Assembly: GCA_045863855.1 (NCBI GenBank) | Contig: BTVV01000077.1 | Location: 1-29,508 of the forward strand | Reading direction: 5' to 3' | Length of the DNA: 29,508 nt | DNA from: Planctomycetota bacterium | GTDB lineage: Bacteria; Planctomycetota; SZUA-567; H5-PLA8 | Part shown: positions 1-8,237 of the stretch, piece after piece | Layout: every line of letters begins with the position of its first letter | How positions within the stretch are numbered: position 1 is the stretch's first letter | The notes under the pieces: model-generated | What the model was told of the DNA's origin: nothing | Seen by the model: only the letters and a program-made list of their open reading frames with translations | Databases searched by the model: none | Program-made: the position numbers and the translations under genes

Positions 1-717
1 ATCTTTCTGTCCGGCGGCATCATCGGGACCTTCCATCACCTGTACTTCACCGGCACGCCGACGGCCATCATGGCCTTGGGCGCGACCTTCAGTGCGCTGG
101 AAGTTGTCCCATTGGTGCTGATCGGCTTCGAGGCCTACGAGAATCTGACGTTGAGTCACGCCAAACCCTGGGTCTCCGAATACAGGTGGCCTATCTTCTT
201 TTTTGTGGCCGTCTCCTTCTGGAACTTGGTCGGCGCGGGATTGTTCGGTTTCCTGATCAACACGCCCATCGCCCTTTACTATATGCAGGGACTGAATACC
301 ACACCCGTCCACGGACACACCGCGCTATTTGGCGTATACGGCATGCTGGGCATTGGCCTTACTCTCTTTTGCCTCAAAGGTCTGGCAGTTCGCAAGCAAT
401 GGCGAAACGGAACATTGTCGTTCGCGTTCTGGTCGATCAATATCGGTCTAGCGCTGATGGTGCTATTGAGCTTGCTGCCAGTGGGTCTGCTGCAGACTTA
501 CGCCAGCATTGAACACGGGATGTGGTATGCGCGTTCGGCGGAGTTCCTTCAGACAGATCTGATGAAATCGCTTCGTTGGCTGCGTGCTATTGGCGATACG
601 TTCTTCGCCCTTGGCGTGGTGGCCCTGGGTTGGTTTGTCCTGGGACTGAAGACCGGTTGGTCTGTCACGACAGATGCTCCACCGCAACTGGCCGAAACTA
701 TCCAGCCCACAAACTGA
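1..717 (+). CDS. norB: Quinol-dependent nitric oxide reductase (qNor, NorB/NorZ type), C-terminal part; 5'-truncated by the window edge
   Basis: The frame is open from base 1: IFLSGGIIGTFHHLYFTGTPTAIMALGATFSALEVVPL...NTTPVHGHTALFGVYG...GMWYARSAEF. HH (FeB ligands), SALEVVP (conserved Glu), HGH (heme ligands) and the GxWYARS tail are heme-copper-superfamily qNor signatures. Multiple TM helices. Confidence 0.93.
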   Translation: MFLSGGIIGTFHHLYFTGTPTAIMALGATFSALEVVPLVLIGFEAYENLTLSHAKPWVSEYRWPIFFFVAVSFWNLVGAGLFGFLINTPIALYYMQGLNTTPVHGHTALFGVYGMLGIGLTLFCLKGLAVRKQWRNGTLSFAFWSINIGLALMVLLSLLPVGLLQTYASIEHGMWYARSAEFLQTDLMKSLRWLRAIGDTFFALGVVALGWFVLGLKTGWSVTTDAPPQLAETIQPTN

Positions 718-753
718 AGGATCCTCGACTTCCTGGGAGTTACCATACTCCAG

Positions 754-1116
754 ATGGGCGAAGACGGGATCGACAACCTTCTTGCCAACGCGCTGATCGG
801 CCAATTGGCCATGGTCGGCAGCGATGGCCGGCCTTACGCGATCCAATGCCTATCTGCTGGCTCGGCGACATGCTGTATGTACGCCTTCCAAGAAATGCCT
901 GGAAAAGGGCGCGTGCACGCCGAGAACGACTGCGTTTGTTTCGAGGTGGTTTGGACGGCGCCGGACCTGAGCAATGACACTTCGATTCGTGCGAGGATCG
1001 GCCGGGCTCCGTCAACGAATTTGGAGAGAAAAAGCGCGTCCTGCAGTCCAGTGAACTCAGGTACCTCAGGCTGCACAGGGCCTCGCGTAAAGGCCATGGC
1101 GGAAAATCATCATTAG
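754..1116 (+). pseudogene. Degenerate pyridoxamine 5'-phosphate oxidase-like (FMN-binding split-barrel, NimA-like) gene
   Basis: IDNLLANALIGQLAMVGSDGRPYAI and GRVHAENDCVCFEV match the family pattern (LL...GxLA...DGxPY; NxxVCFEV). The expected intervening strands appear in another frame (PMPICWLGDMLYVRLP, 843-890), implying two compensating frameshifts. The C-terminal part looks decayed. Confidence 0.6.
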
Positions 1117-1339
1117 AACAAGGGGCGCTCTCCAGAGTTGTTGCTGAAACCTTGAGCGGCTGCATGAATGGAAGGCGCTGCAGAAGTCGATTCATTGATT
1201 GGCCGCCAACACAGGGTCTGCCCCGTCTGCAGTGCGGGAAACCGTGCTCGGCAAGCGTAGGAAAGCCGTCGACCTAGGTGCTTTTTGATCGAGTGACCGG
1301 CGGCAGAAGTGGACATTCAGAGCATGAGGAGGAAAGCAC

Positions 1340-2599
1340 ATGGTTACTGCATCCAAGTCAAACCGGCCCATTGATGTGGCGGTCATTGGCGGAGGACCGG
1401 CCGGATCAGCATTGGCGACGCTGCTGGAGCGTGCGGGGCATCATTGCGCAGTGTTCGAGGCGGGCGAATTTCCGCGCTATCACATCGGCGAGTCTTTGAT
1501 ACCGCATACCTTTGGCATACTGGACCGGTTGGGACTACTTCCCAAGCTGCGGGTATCCTCATATCCTGAAAAGTACAGTGTGCGTTTCGTTTCGCCCACC
1601 GGAGAGGAGTCCACGCCGTTCTATTTTTCGGAGACCATCGAGGGCGAGGGGGCGCGCACGTGGCAGGTGGAGCGCTCCTCGTTCGACCAGCTTTGCCTTG
1701 ACCATGCCCGGGAGCATGCCGTCGACGTCTACATGGGCGCCGCGGTAGAGCAGGTGCTCTTCAATGGGGCAAGGGCGACGGGGGTGCGCGTCCGTCCTTC
1801 CGAGGGCGATCCTTATGACTTATCGACGCAAGTTGTAGTGGACGCTTCCGGAAGGTCCACGGTTATCGGCAATCAATTGATGCTTAAAAGTCCAGTGCCC
1901 GGCCTTAAAAAGGCAGCTCTCTGGTCATACTACAAGGGGGGCCGACGTCAGGATGGCATAGACGCGGGCGAGACCACCATTTTCACCATCCGCGACCGAG
2001 GGTGGTTCTGGTACATCCCGTTACCAGACGATGTGGTCAGCGTGGGCGTCGTCGCCGATCCCGACAATCTGTTTTCCAACGGCCAAGAGGCCGAAGCAGT
2101 GTACGCTCGTGAAGTGAATGATTGCGTTCCGCTGCTTGAGCGACTAAAGCTGGCCAAACGCTGCGCGCGAGTCTACGGCAGTTCGAAGGAGTTAGCCTAT
2201 TTTAATCGTCAGACATCCGGCGATGGTTGGGTCATGATCGGAGACGCGCGCGCGTTCCTGGATCCCATCTATTCCTCAGGATTGTTCCTTGCGTTGGCTT
2301 CGGCCGAATTGGCAGCAGAGTCCATTCACCAGGCCCTCGAAGCAAAAGACTTGACTGCCACAAGGCTCGGTTCGTTTGAGCCGAGAATAATGGCGGGAGT
2401 GGAGGTGATCAGGCGCCTGATTCACGCCTTTTACGATCCCAATTTCAGCTTCGGCGAATTTGTAAATCGTTACCCGGCGCAACGCCGCGCACTCATTGAT
2501 TGCCTCGTGGGTGACGTGCTCAAGGATATGAACGACTTCAAGACCGCCTTGGAGCAAATGACGCCTCCGCCGCCCGACCTAGTGGCAGGAGGCGGCTAA
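1340..2599 (+). CDS. Flavin-dependent halogenase (tryptophan-halogenase superfamily FAD-dependent oxidoreductase), 419 aa
   Basis: GGGPAGS Rossmann motif, FPRYHIGESL, candidate catalytic Lys in YPEKYSVRF, halogenase signature WxWxIP (GWFWYIP) and GDARAFLDPIYSSG. RBS GAGGAGG upstream of ATG 1340. Confidence 0.85.
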   Translation: MVTASKSNRPIDVAVIGGGPAGSALATLLERAGHHCAVFEAGEFPRYHIGESLIPHTFGILDRLGLLPKLRVSSYPEKYSVRFVSPTGEESTPFYFSETIEGEGARTWQVERSSFDQLCLDHAREHAVDVYMGAAVEQVLFNGARATGVRVRPSEGDPYDLSTQVVVDASGRSTVIGNQLMLKSPVPGLKKAALWSYYKGGRRQDGIDAGETTIFTIRDRGWFWYIPLPDDVVSVGVVADPDNLFSNGQEAEAVYAREVNDCVPLLERLKLAKRCARVYGSSKELAYFNRQTSGDGWVMIGDARAFLDPIYSSGLFLALASAELAAESIHQALEAKDLTATRLGSFEPRIMAGVEVIRRLIHAFYDPNFSFGEFVNRYPAQRRALIDCLVGDVLKDMNDFKTALEQMTPPPPDLVAGGG

Positions 2600-2798
2600 G
2601 TCCAGAGGAGTACGAGAGTGACCTCAAAGCCAAGGATACTTTGTTAAAATCGTCGCGCGACACCCATCGCTTGCACACTTTTTAAAGGAAGCGAGGATTC
2701 ACATCACCAGGACGCACGACGAGTGCGAACGCTCCAGGAAAGAAAGCCTCCTCTACGAGATCGGGAATCCGCACACCGGCAAGCAACCCCGCGCGCCC

Positions 2799-3662
2799 TT
2801 ACTTCGGCTCGGCGGGAATGATCTTCATGCGCTCGTATTCTTCGTCGGAGATCGCTTCGATTTTCACGTTGTCGAACGCATAACGACCGCGCGGCCAGTA
2901 CGCGTAAAGCATCACGCGCAGATGGCTGACCTCGATATACGCCACTTTGTCCTTGCCCAGCGGGCGGCGCGTGGGATGAAACGCCTGCTCGAAATGCCGC
3001 CAGCCGTCCCCGGCCGTGCGGCAGTTCACGATCGTCTCCCAGCGCCGCCGGTCCTCGCCCCGGAAAGGCCCCCACCCGCGCACCCACACCTTCGCGCCGC
3101 CCGGGCCCCGATAGTCGAAGCTGATCTTGTACGCCTGCTTCGGCGCGCACGCGAGCTTCGACGAATAAAACGAAACGCCGTAGGTCGCGCCGATCGCGCC
3201 GTACTGCCGCGCCTCGCCCACCTCCGATTTCTCCGGCGCGGGCGGAGGATCTTCGCCCTTCTCCGCCGCCGCGCGCATCGCCGCCTGCCGCTTCTTGGCT
3301 TCGTCCTCCAGGACATCCGTATCGAGCACGATGAACTTGCCGCGTTCGGGCGCCGCGGGGTCCGATGTCCAGAACGACGTGAGCCCGTCGGGATGCGCCC
3401 AGCCCAGCGGAGCGGGCGGCAAGCCCTTCTTCGGCGGCTCGGCCTCTTCGAAGGATCCGTTCTTCAATTCGGGCAGCGGTTCGTCGGGGCCGGGAAACTC
3501 GGGATACCAATGCTGGTCGTCTTTGGGCTGCGCCGGAGGCTCCCATTCGCCGGCGGCGAGCGCACCGCCAAGCACCGCAAGCGAGGCGCACGCCAGCCAC
3601 GCGCCGCCGCGAGCCTTCACGCGCTTGAAAGGGCCGTGCGGTTGCAGCCTCTGCTTACTCAT
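2799..3662 (-). CDS. Exported/membrane-anchored hypothetical protein with a galactose-binding-like (CBM4/9-like) beta-sandwich, ~287 aa
   Basis: Start moved to ATG 3662 (MSKQRLQ), which overlaps the upstream stop by 8 nt. Basic N-terminus followed by hydrophobic AWLACASLAVLGGALAAG. Pattern LKNGSFEE...GW...YKISFDYRG...GWRHFEQAF...YAFDNVKIE is typical of CBM4/9-like domains. Confidence 0.65.
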   Translation of the reverse strand: MSKQRLQPHGPFKRVKARGGAWLACASLAVLGGALAAGEWEPPAQPKDDQHWYPEFPGPDEPLPELKNGSFEEAEPPKKGLPPAPLGWAHPDGLTSFWTSDPAAPERGKFIVLDTDVLEDEAKKRQAAMRAAAEKGEDPPPAPEKSEVGEARQYGAIGATYGVSFYSSKLACAPKQAYKISFDYRGPGGAKVWVRGWGPFRGEDRRRWETIVNCRTAGDGWRHFEQAFHPTRRPLGKDKVAYIEVSHLRVMLYAYWPRGRYAFDNVKIEAISDEEYERMKIIPAEPK

Positions 3663-6600
3663 CGGTTTCGACCAGTGCCTTGTAATACGCTTCCAGCAAA
3701 TCCTGGTAGCCCTGCGGCAACGGCGCTTGCATCCCGCTGAGAATCTTCTCGCGCACATGCTTCGGCAACTCGCGGCTGCGTTCGAGGTCGATCTCGGCCT
3801 TGTAGCCGACCGCCTGCTTCGCGTCCTTGAGCTGGTCGAGCAACTGGCTGTGCGCCTGTCGCAAATTGAAGCCTCGACCGGCTTGCAGTTGCTCCTCGAT
3901 CTTCTTCATCCGCCGGATCGCTTCCGCCATATCGCTGCTGGGCAGATGGTAAGCCTTAAGCTGCGTCTGTATCTTCTCGGCCTGCTGGCGCAACTGCGCC
4001 TGCTGCCCTTGCAGGCGCTGGAGTTTCTTTTTTGTCTCGGGCGGCGGCTCGCCGCGCAAACCCTGGCCCGCCACGCCGCTTTCCTTCCCGCCGCCCGTCG
4101 CGCCGCCCACCGCATCCTGGGACTTGTCGTCCACCTGCCCGGCTTCGAACGGATCCGGCGTCACGCGGCTGGGCGTCTGCCGCCCGCCCTTCCCGTCGGC
4201 CGTCTGCTCGACGAACTGCCCGCTGCTCTTGCCCCCGCGCCCTTCCCCGCTGCGCCCGCCGACTTCGTGCTCGTTCGGCAGCCGGTTCCCCGTCACGCCC
4301 TTCGCCGACATGTTGCTGATGTTCCCGTCCGCCGCGTCCCAGCCCGCACCCTTGTCCATGCTGTCCATGAAGCTGCTCGACACGTCCTCCACGTCGTCGG
4401 CCATCTCCTCGGCATCGTCGAGCAACTCGCCAATGATGTCCTCCAGCTCCTTCGGCAGATCGGCCAGCGGCACGTCGAACTCGCCCTGCGGCTCCTCCAT
4501 GCTCCACTTCTCGGTGTCCTTCGTGTCCGGCAGCCACTTCTCGAGGTTCGTTTCGAGCTGCTTGGCCAGCTCCAATCCCGCTTCCTCGTTGCGCACCGCT
4601 ATCTCGGTCTTCTTGTTCTGCAGCGCTTCCGACGCCTTTTGAATCTCCTGGAAGACTTCGTTGAACTCCTCGGCCAGTCCGCTGTTCGAAAAATCCTGGT
4701 CGGGCACCTTGCTCAAATCCGTGAACGCCTCGCGGAAATACTTGGCCCAATCGGCCTCGGCCTGCGCGAGTTCCCCCAGCTTTTTCTTGTCCTCTTCCGT
4801 CAAATCGTCCGGGTTCTTTTTCGACAGCTCCTCGGTGCTTTCGAGCACCTTCTTCTGCTGGTCGAGGAAATCCTTGAGCTTGTCCTGCGTCGCTTCGAGC
4901 TTCTCGCGCAGGCGCTTGCCCGCTTGCTCGTCCTTCAAATCGATCTTGGCCTTCGGCGGCTCGCGGTCCAAATCGCCCAGCGATCCCAGCAGCGCCGTGA
5001 GGCGGTTTAGAATTTCGTCCTGCAGTTCGCGCTCGGTCTGCAGCAGGTCGATGGTCGTCGCGCCTGCCCCGCTCACCTGCTCGCCGCCGACGAGCCGCTG
5101 GACCGCGCGGTCCATCGGGCCGTCGTGCAGCGCGCGCAGTTCGCGCACCAGCGGCGCGGTCTGCGCCGCCCGTTCCTTCGGAAACGCGCTCTCGACCTGC
5201 GCCGTCAGTTTCGCCGTCTCGTTGCGGATCACGCTCTGGTCGTCGCGAATACTCGCCAGGCGCTTGCCCAGCGCGCCGGACTTGGCGATCTCTTCCAGAA
5301 ACTCGCCCACCGTCACCGTCTTGCCGCGCGCCTGCGTCTGCAACTCGATCAGCTTCTGGAGCTGCTCGAAGACCGTGCGGAACGGACTGTCCGCCTGCAG
5401 CCCCATCTGCTCCGGTGTCAGGATGCGCACGATCAGCGGCGCCGAGCGCGTGACCCGGTCCTCGCCGGGCGCGTGATCCGCCGCTTCGGCCACCACGGCG
5501 TACGCCGCGCCGACCACGAACTGCGCGGGATCGAGCTTCAGCGCGTACACTTCGGCTATCGATTTCTCGCCGGGTACGGGAAAGGTCCACTGCTTAAGCA
5601 GCGTCCAGCCCGCGCTTTCCTGCGGGTTGCGTTCGTCGGCGCGGCGCGCGACCAGCCGGATCGACTTGAGGCCGTAATCGTCCTGTGCTCGCAGCGCCAG
5701 CGGCACCGTGCCGCCGGGCAGCGCCGGAACGTTGGGCGACTTGTTCTCGAAATAGACCGCCGGCCGCGCGTCGGCACGCAACAGAATCTGCCCCTCGAAC
5801 GCGCGCTCCACCCGCGCACCGTCCTTAGAAACGAGCGTCAGCGCGTACGCGCCTTCCTCCTCGACGTTCCACGCCGCCGACCAGCGCGCGCCGTCCGCCT
5901 GCAGCGGCGCACGGCCACCGGGACCGACCCACTCGCCTTCCTTTAAAGGGATTGACGCGCCGAAGCGCAGCGTCGCGCGCGTACCCGGCAGCGCGTGAAC
6001 CAAGCCCGCGGGCGCCGGCTCGGTCTGCGCTTCAAGCCCCGTGTACGCCGGCGGCGCGAGTTCCACTTCGGGCTCGGTCGGCCGCGGCTTCGCGCGCACC
6101 TGCACTTCGCACGGAAACGATACGCCATCGCCCGATTCGAGCGTGAAGCGGAACGACTCGTTCACGTTGGGGAAGTCGTACACGAAGCCCGCGGCGTGCG
6201 CCGGAGAACCCGCCGCCGCGACGAGTTCGGCGTTCGGCTGCGGCGCCGGCGACATCGGGATGCGCCGCGGACCTTCCGGAAGCTCGACGCACAGCGCCAT
6301 CTCGCGCGGCGCCTCGCCCTCGCGCACCGCCGCCAGCCCATGCACCGTCAAGCGTTCTCCGGCCAACATCTCCACGCGCTCGGCCGGCCGCGCCAGCACC
6401 CTCGTCCGGCTGATCCGCGGGATCCCGGCAAGCGGCCGGGTGTAACGCCACAGCGCATTCGCCGCGTAATCCGGCCACAGCGCCGCGTACAGCACCAGCG
6501 CGCCAAGCGCGCCGGCCGATACCCCAGCGACGATCCGCAGCCGCCGGCGTTCCCAAAGCCCGCCCAGCGCCAGATCGCGCGCGCGCTCTCCCGCGTCCAT

Positions 6601-7011
6601 TACGATCTGACGGATCATCTCGTTAGAGCCGCCGACGGAAGCCGACGCGGTGCGCGCATTCAGTTGCACCGCGTTAATCAAAAGATTGTCGCGCTGCCCG
6701 AGCTTCTGCTCCAGATACACCGCCGCGGCCTGATCGTTGATCCGCCAGAACGCCGGCCGCGCCACCCATACGCAACGCGCACCCAGCGAAGCGCCGGCGG
6801 CCAGCACGCCAAACCCGAGACGCAGCACGCTGGGCAGATCGAACAGGTTGTCGGCAAGAGCGAGAACCAAAAGCGCCGCGAGCGTCGCCGCGAACCAATG
6901 CAGCGCGCGGGAGATCCCGGCGCTCATCCGCCAGATCCGCCGCGCCCGCGCCAGCGTTCCGCGCAGCGCGCCGATCGGCGCTTCGGGAGGTGAACCGAGC
7001 TTTTGGATCAT
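3655..7011 (-). CDS. Large DUF4175-like membrane-anchored protein (N-terminal TMs, beta-rich region, long coiled coil, Gly-rich tail), ~1118 aa
   Basis: ATG 7011 preceded by GAGGG. Three N-terminal hydrophobic segments, PPAYTG and AQDDYGL motifs, E/K/Q-rich coiled coil, and a C-terminal PQGYQDLLEAYYKAL motif of the kind ending such proteins in MoxR-DUF58-BatA clusters. Confidence 0.75.
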   Translation of the reverse strand: MIQKLGSPPEAPIGALRGTLARARRIWRMSAGISRALHWFAATLAALLVLALADNLFDLPSVLRLGFGVLAAGASLGARCVWVARPAFWRINDQAAAVYLEQKLGQRDNLLINAVQLNARTASASVGGSNEMIRQIVMDAGERARDLALGGLWERRRLRIVAGVSAGALGALVLYAALWPDYAANALWRYTRPLAGIPRISRTRVLARPAERVEMLAGERLTVHGLAAVREGEAPREMALCVELPEGPRRIPMSPAPQPNAELVAAAGSPAHAAGFVYDFPNVNESFRFTLESGDGVSFPCEVQVRAKPRPTEPEVELAPPAYTGLEAQTEPAPAGLVHALPGTRATLRFGASIPLKEGEWVGPGGRAPLQADGARWSAAWNVEEEGAYALTLVSKDGARVERAFEGQILLRADARPAVYFENKSPNVPALPGGTVPLALRAQDDYGLKSIRLVARRADERNPQESAGWTLLKQWTFPVPGEKSIAEVYALKLDPAQFVVGAAYAVVAEAADHAPGEDRVTRSAPLIVRILTPEQMGLQADSPFRTVFEQLQKLIELQTQARGKTVTVGEFLEEIAKSGALGKRLASIRDDQSVIRNETAKLTAQVESAFPKERAAQTAPLVRELRALHDGPMDRAVQRLVGGEQVSGAGATTIDLLQTERELQDEILNRLTALLGSLGDLDREPPKAKIDLKDEQAGKRLREKLEATQDKLKDFLDQQKKVLESTEELSKKNPDDLTEEDKKKLGELAQAEADWAKYFREAFTDLSKVPDQDFSNSGLAEEFNEVFQEIQKASEALQNKKTEIAVRNEEAGLELAKQLETNLEKWLPDTKDTEKWSMEEPQGEFDVPLADLPKELEDIIGELLDDAEEMADDVEDVSSSFMDSMDKGAGWDAADGNISNMSAKGVTGNRLPNEHEVGGRSGEGRGGKSSGQFVEQTADGKGGRQTPSRVTPDPFEAGQVDDKSQDAVGGATGGGKESGVAGQGLRGEPPPETKKKLQRLQGQQAQLRQQAEKIQTQLKAYHLPSSDMAEAIRRMKKIEEQLQAGRGFNLRQAHSQLLDQLKDAKQAVGYKAEIDLERSRELPKHVREKILSGMQAPLPQGYQDLLEAYYKALVETDE

Positions 7012-7080
7012 CGCCAAACCCTCGACCGCATCAGCGTACCACGCGGACCCGCCGGAAGCACTGGGCTCCCTCGGGACCGT

Positions 7081-8220
7081 TCACTCCTTGGGCGCATCGG
7101 CGCTCCAGCTCTTTTCCGGCTCCTTCGCGGGATCAACCACGCAGCCCCCCAGCGCCGGGAGCACCTGGATCGGACGCGGCTGCCCCCTGCGCGGCTCGAA
7201 ATAGCGGAACAGGTTGGCGCGCCCGCGCGGATTGATGTGCCACTCGGTGGTGCGCAGGTGCCACGACCAAATATCGAGCCGGTTGAGTTCCTGGCCCTTA
7301 AGCCCCGCTTCGTCGTGCTGCTCTTTGACGCGCCGCTGATGCACCAACACTTTCGCGGCCTCGCGGTGTCCGCGCACCGCGACTACGCCCTGCACGTCGA
7401 AGAAGTCGTCGAACTTGGCCAGCGTCGCGGCAATCGCCGCTTCGTCGCCGGCTTCGAGCGGACGCGCATCGGCCGCCGTCGCGGCTTGATCCGAAAGCCC
7501 GACCCAGATGCCACGGTCGGTCAGCAGCGCGACGTCGTAGCGGTCCGGCGGCAACCGTTCGATGCGGTACGTGCCCTGCGTGGCGTCGAGCACCTTGCCT
7601 TCGTACGCGCGCATCCTCTCGATCCCGTACGCCGCCACCTGCTGCAGCGCGCCAAAACCCTTCAGCGTGCCCGCCAGGACGCCGTTTCCCGCCTCCGGCG
7701 CGGCTTCGCCGCCGTCGAAAACGATCTCCTTCACGTACACCAGGTCCGCGGCCTTCTGCCCGACATCCCCTTGCATCTGGAATTTAAGGTGAAATTTCTG
7801 CTCTAAATAGTCCATCGGATTCTCGCCGTCCGGCGTGCGGATGTAGACAGGTTTGTTGAGCAAGTGCCCCTTGAGCGTCTGGCCGCTCAGCAGTTTCGCT
7901 TCGACGCCCAGATCCACCACCGGGTACTCACCCGGCAGGAACTCCTTCTCGTCGCTTCCGGCGTTCTTGAAGCGCCACGGCCGCTCGGTCGACTGCGTGC
8001 GGATAAAGAAGGTGAGCGACGCGAACTCCTCCAGCTTGACATTCACGAAGCGTCCGCCCGCCGCGCCTTCGCCCTCGTAAATCCGCGGCTCGCTGCCCTG
8101 GAACCAGATCTCGCCTTTGTGCTCCTGCCCATTGGAAAGCCGGATCACGCCCGCACGCCGTTCGGCGCCTTGCGCGAACGCGGCCAACAGCAGCAGAAGC
8201 ACCGACACTCGAACCTTCAC
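7081..8220 (-). CDS. Exported hypothetical protein, ~379 aa, with a possible carboxypeptidase-regulatory-like beta domain
   Basis: Only the 3' half of the 7081-9228 ORF looks like real protein. GTG 8220 follows AAGGAG, 17 nt after the previous stop. Signal peptide MKVRVSVLLLLLAAFAQG. Segment GVLAGTLKG...GTYRIERLPPDRYDV. Confidence 0.7.
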   Translation of the reverse strand: MKVRVSVLLLLLAAFAQGAERRAGVIRLSNGQEHKGEIWFQGSEPRIYEGEGAAGGRFVNVKLEEFASLTFFIRTQSTERPWRFKNAGSDEKEFLPGEYPVVDLGVEAKLLSGQTLKGHLLNKPVYIRTPDGENPMDYLEQKFHLKFQMQGDVGQKAADLVYVKEIVFDGGEAAPEAGNGVLAGTLKGFGALQQVAAYGIERMRAYEGKVLDATQGTYRIERLPPDRYDVALLTDRGIWVGLSDQAATAADARPLEAGDEAAIAATLAKFDDFFDVQGVVAVRGHREAAKVLVHQRRVKEQHDEAGLKGQELNRLDIWSWHLRTTEWHINPRGRANLFRYFEPRRGQPRPIQVLPALGGCVVDPAKEPEKSWSADAPKE

Positions 8221-8237
8221 GGACCCGCTCCTTGCGT

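Noticed and set aside
1..717. Possibility that the Nor-like gene is a nitric oxide dismutase (Nod)
   Set aside because: It retains both His in GTFHHLYF and the Glu in SALEVVP. Nod-type proteins are defined by substitutions at these positions (His->Asn, Glu->Gln), so this is a canonical qNor.
1190..1300. TTGAT half-sites upstream of the halogenase as possible FNR/DNR/NnrR boxes
   Set aside because: No matching ATCAA half-site at the N4 spacing.
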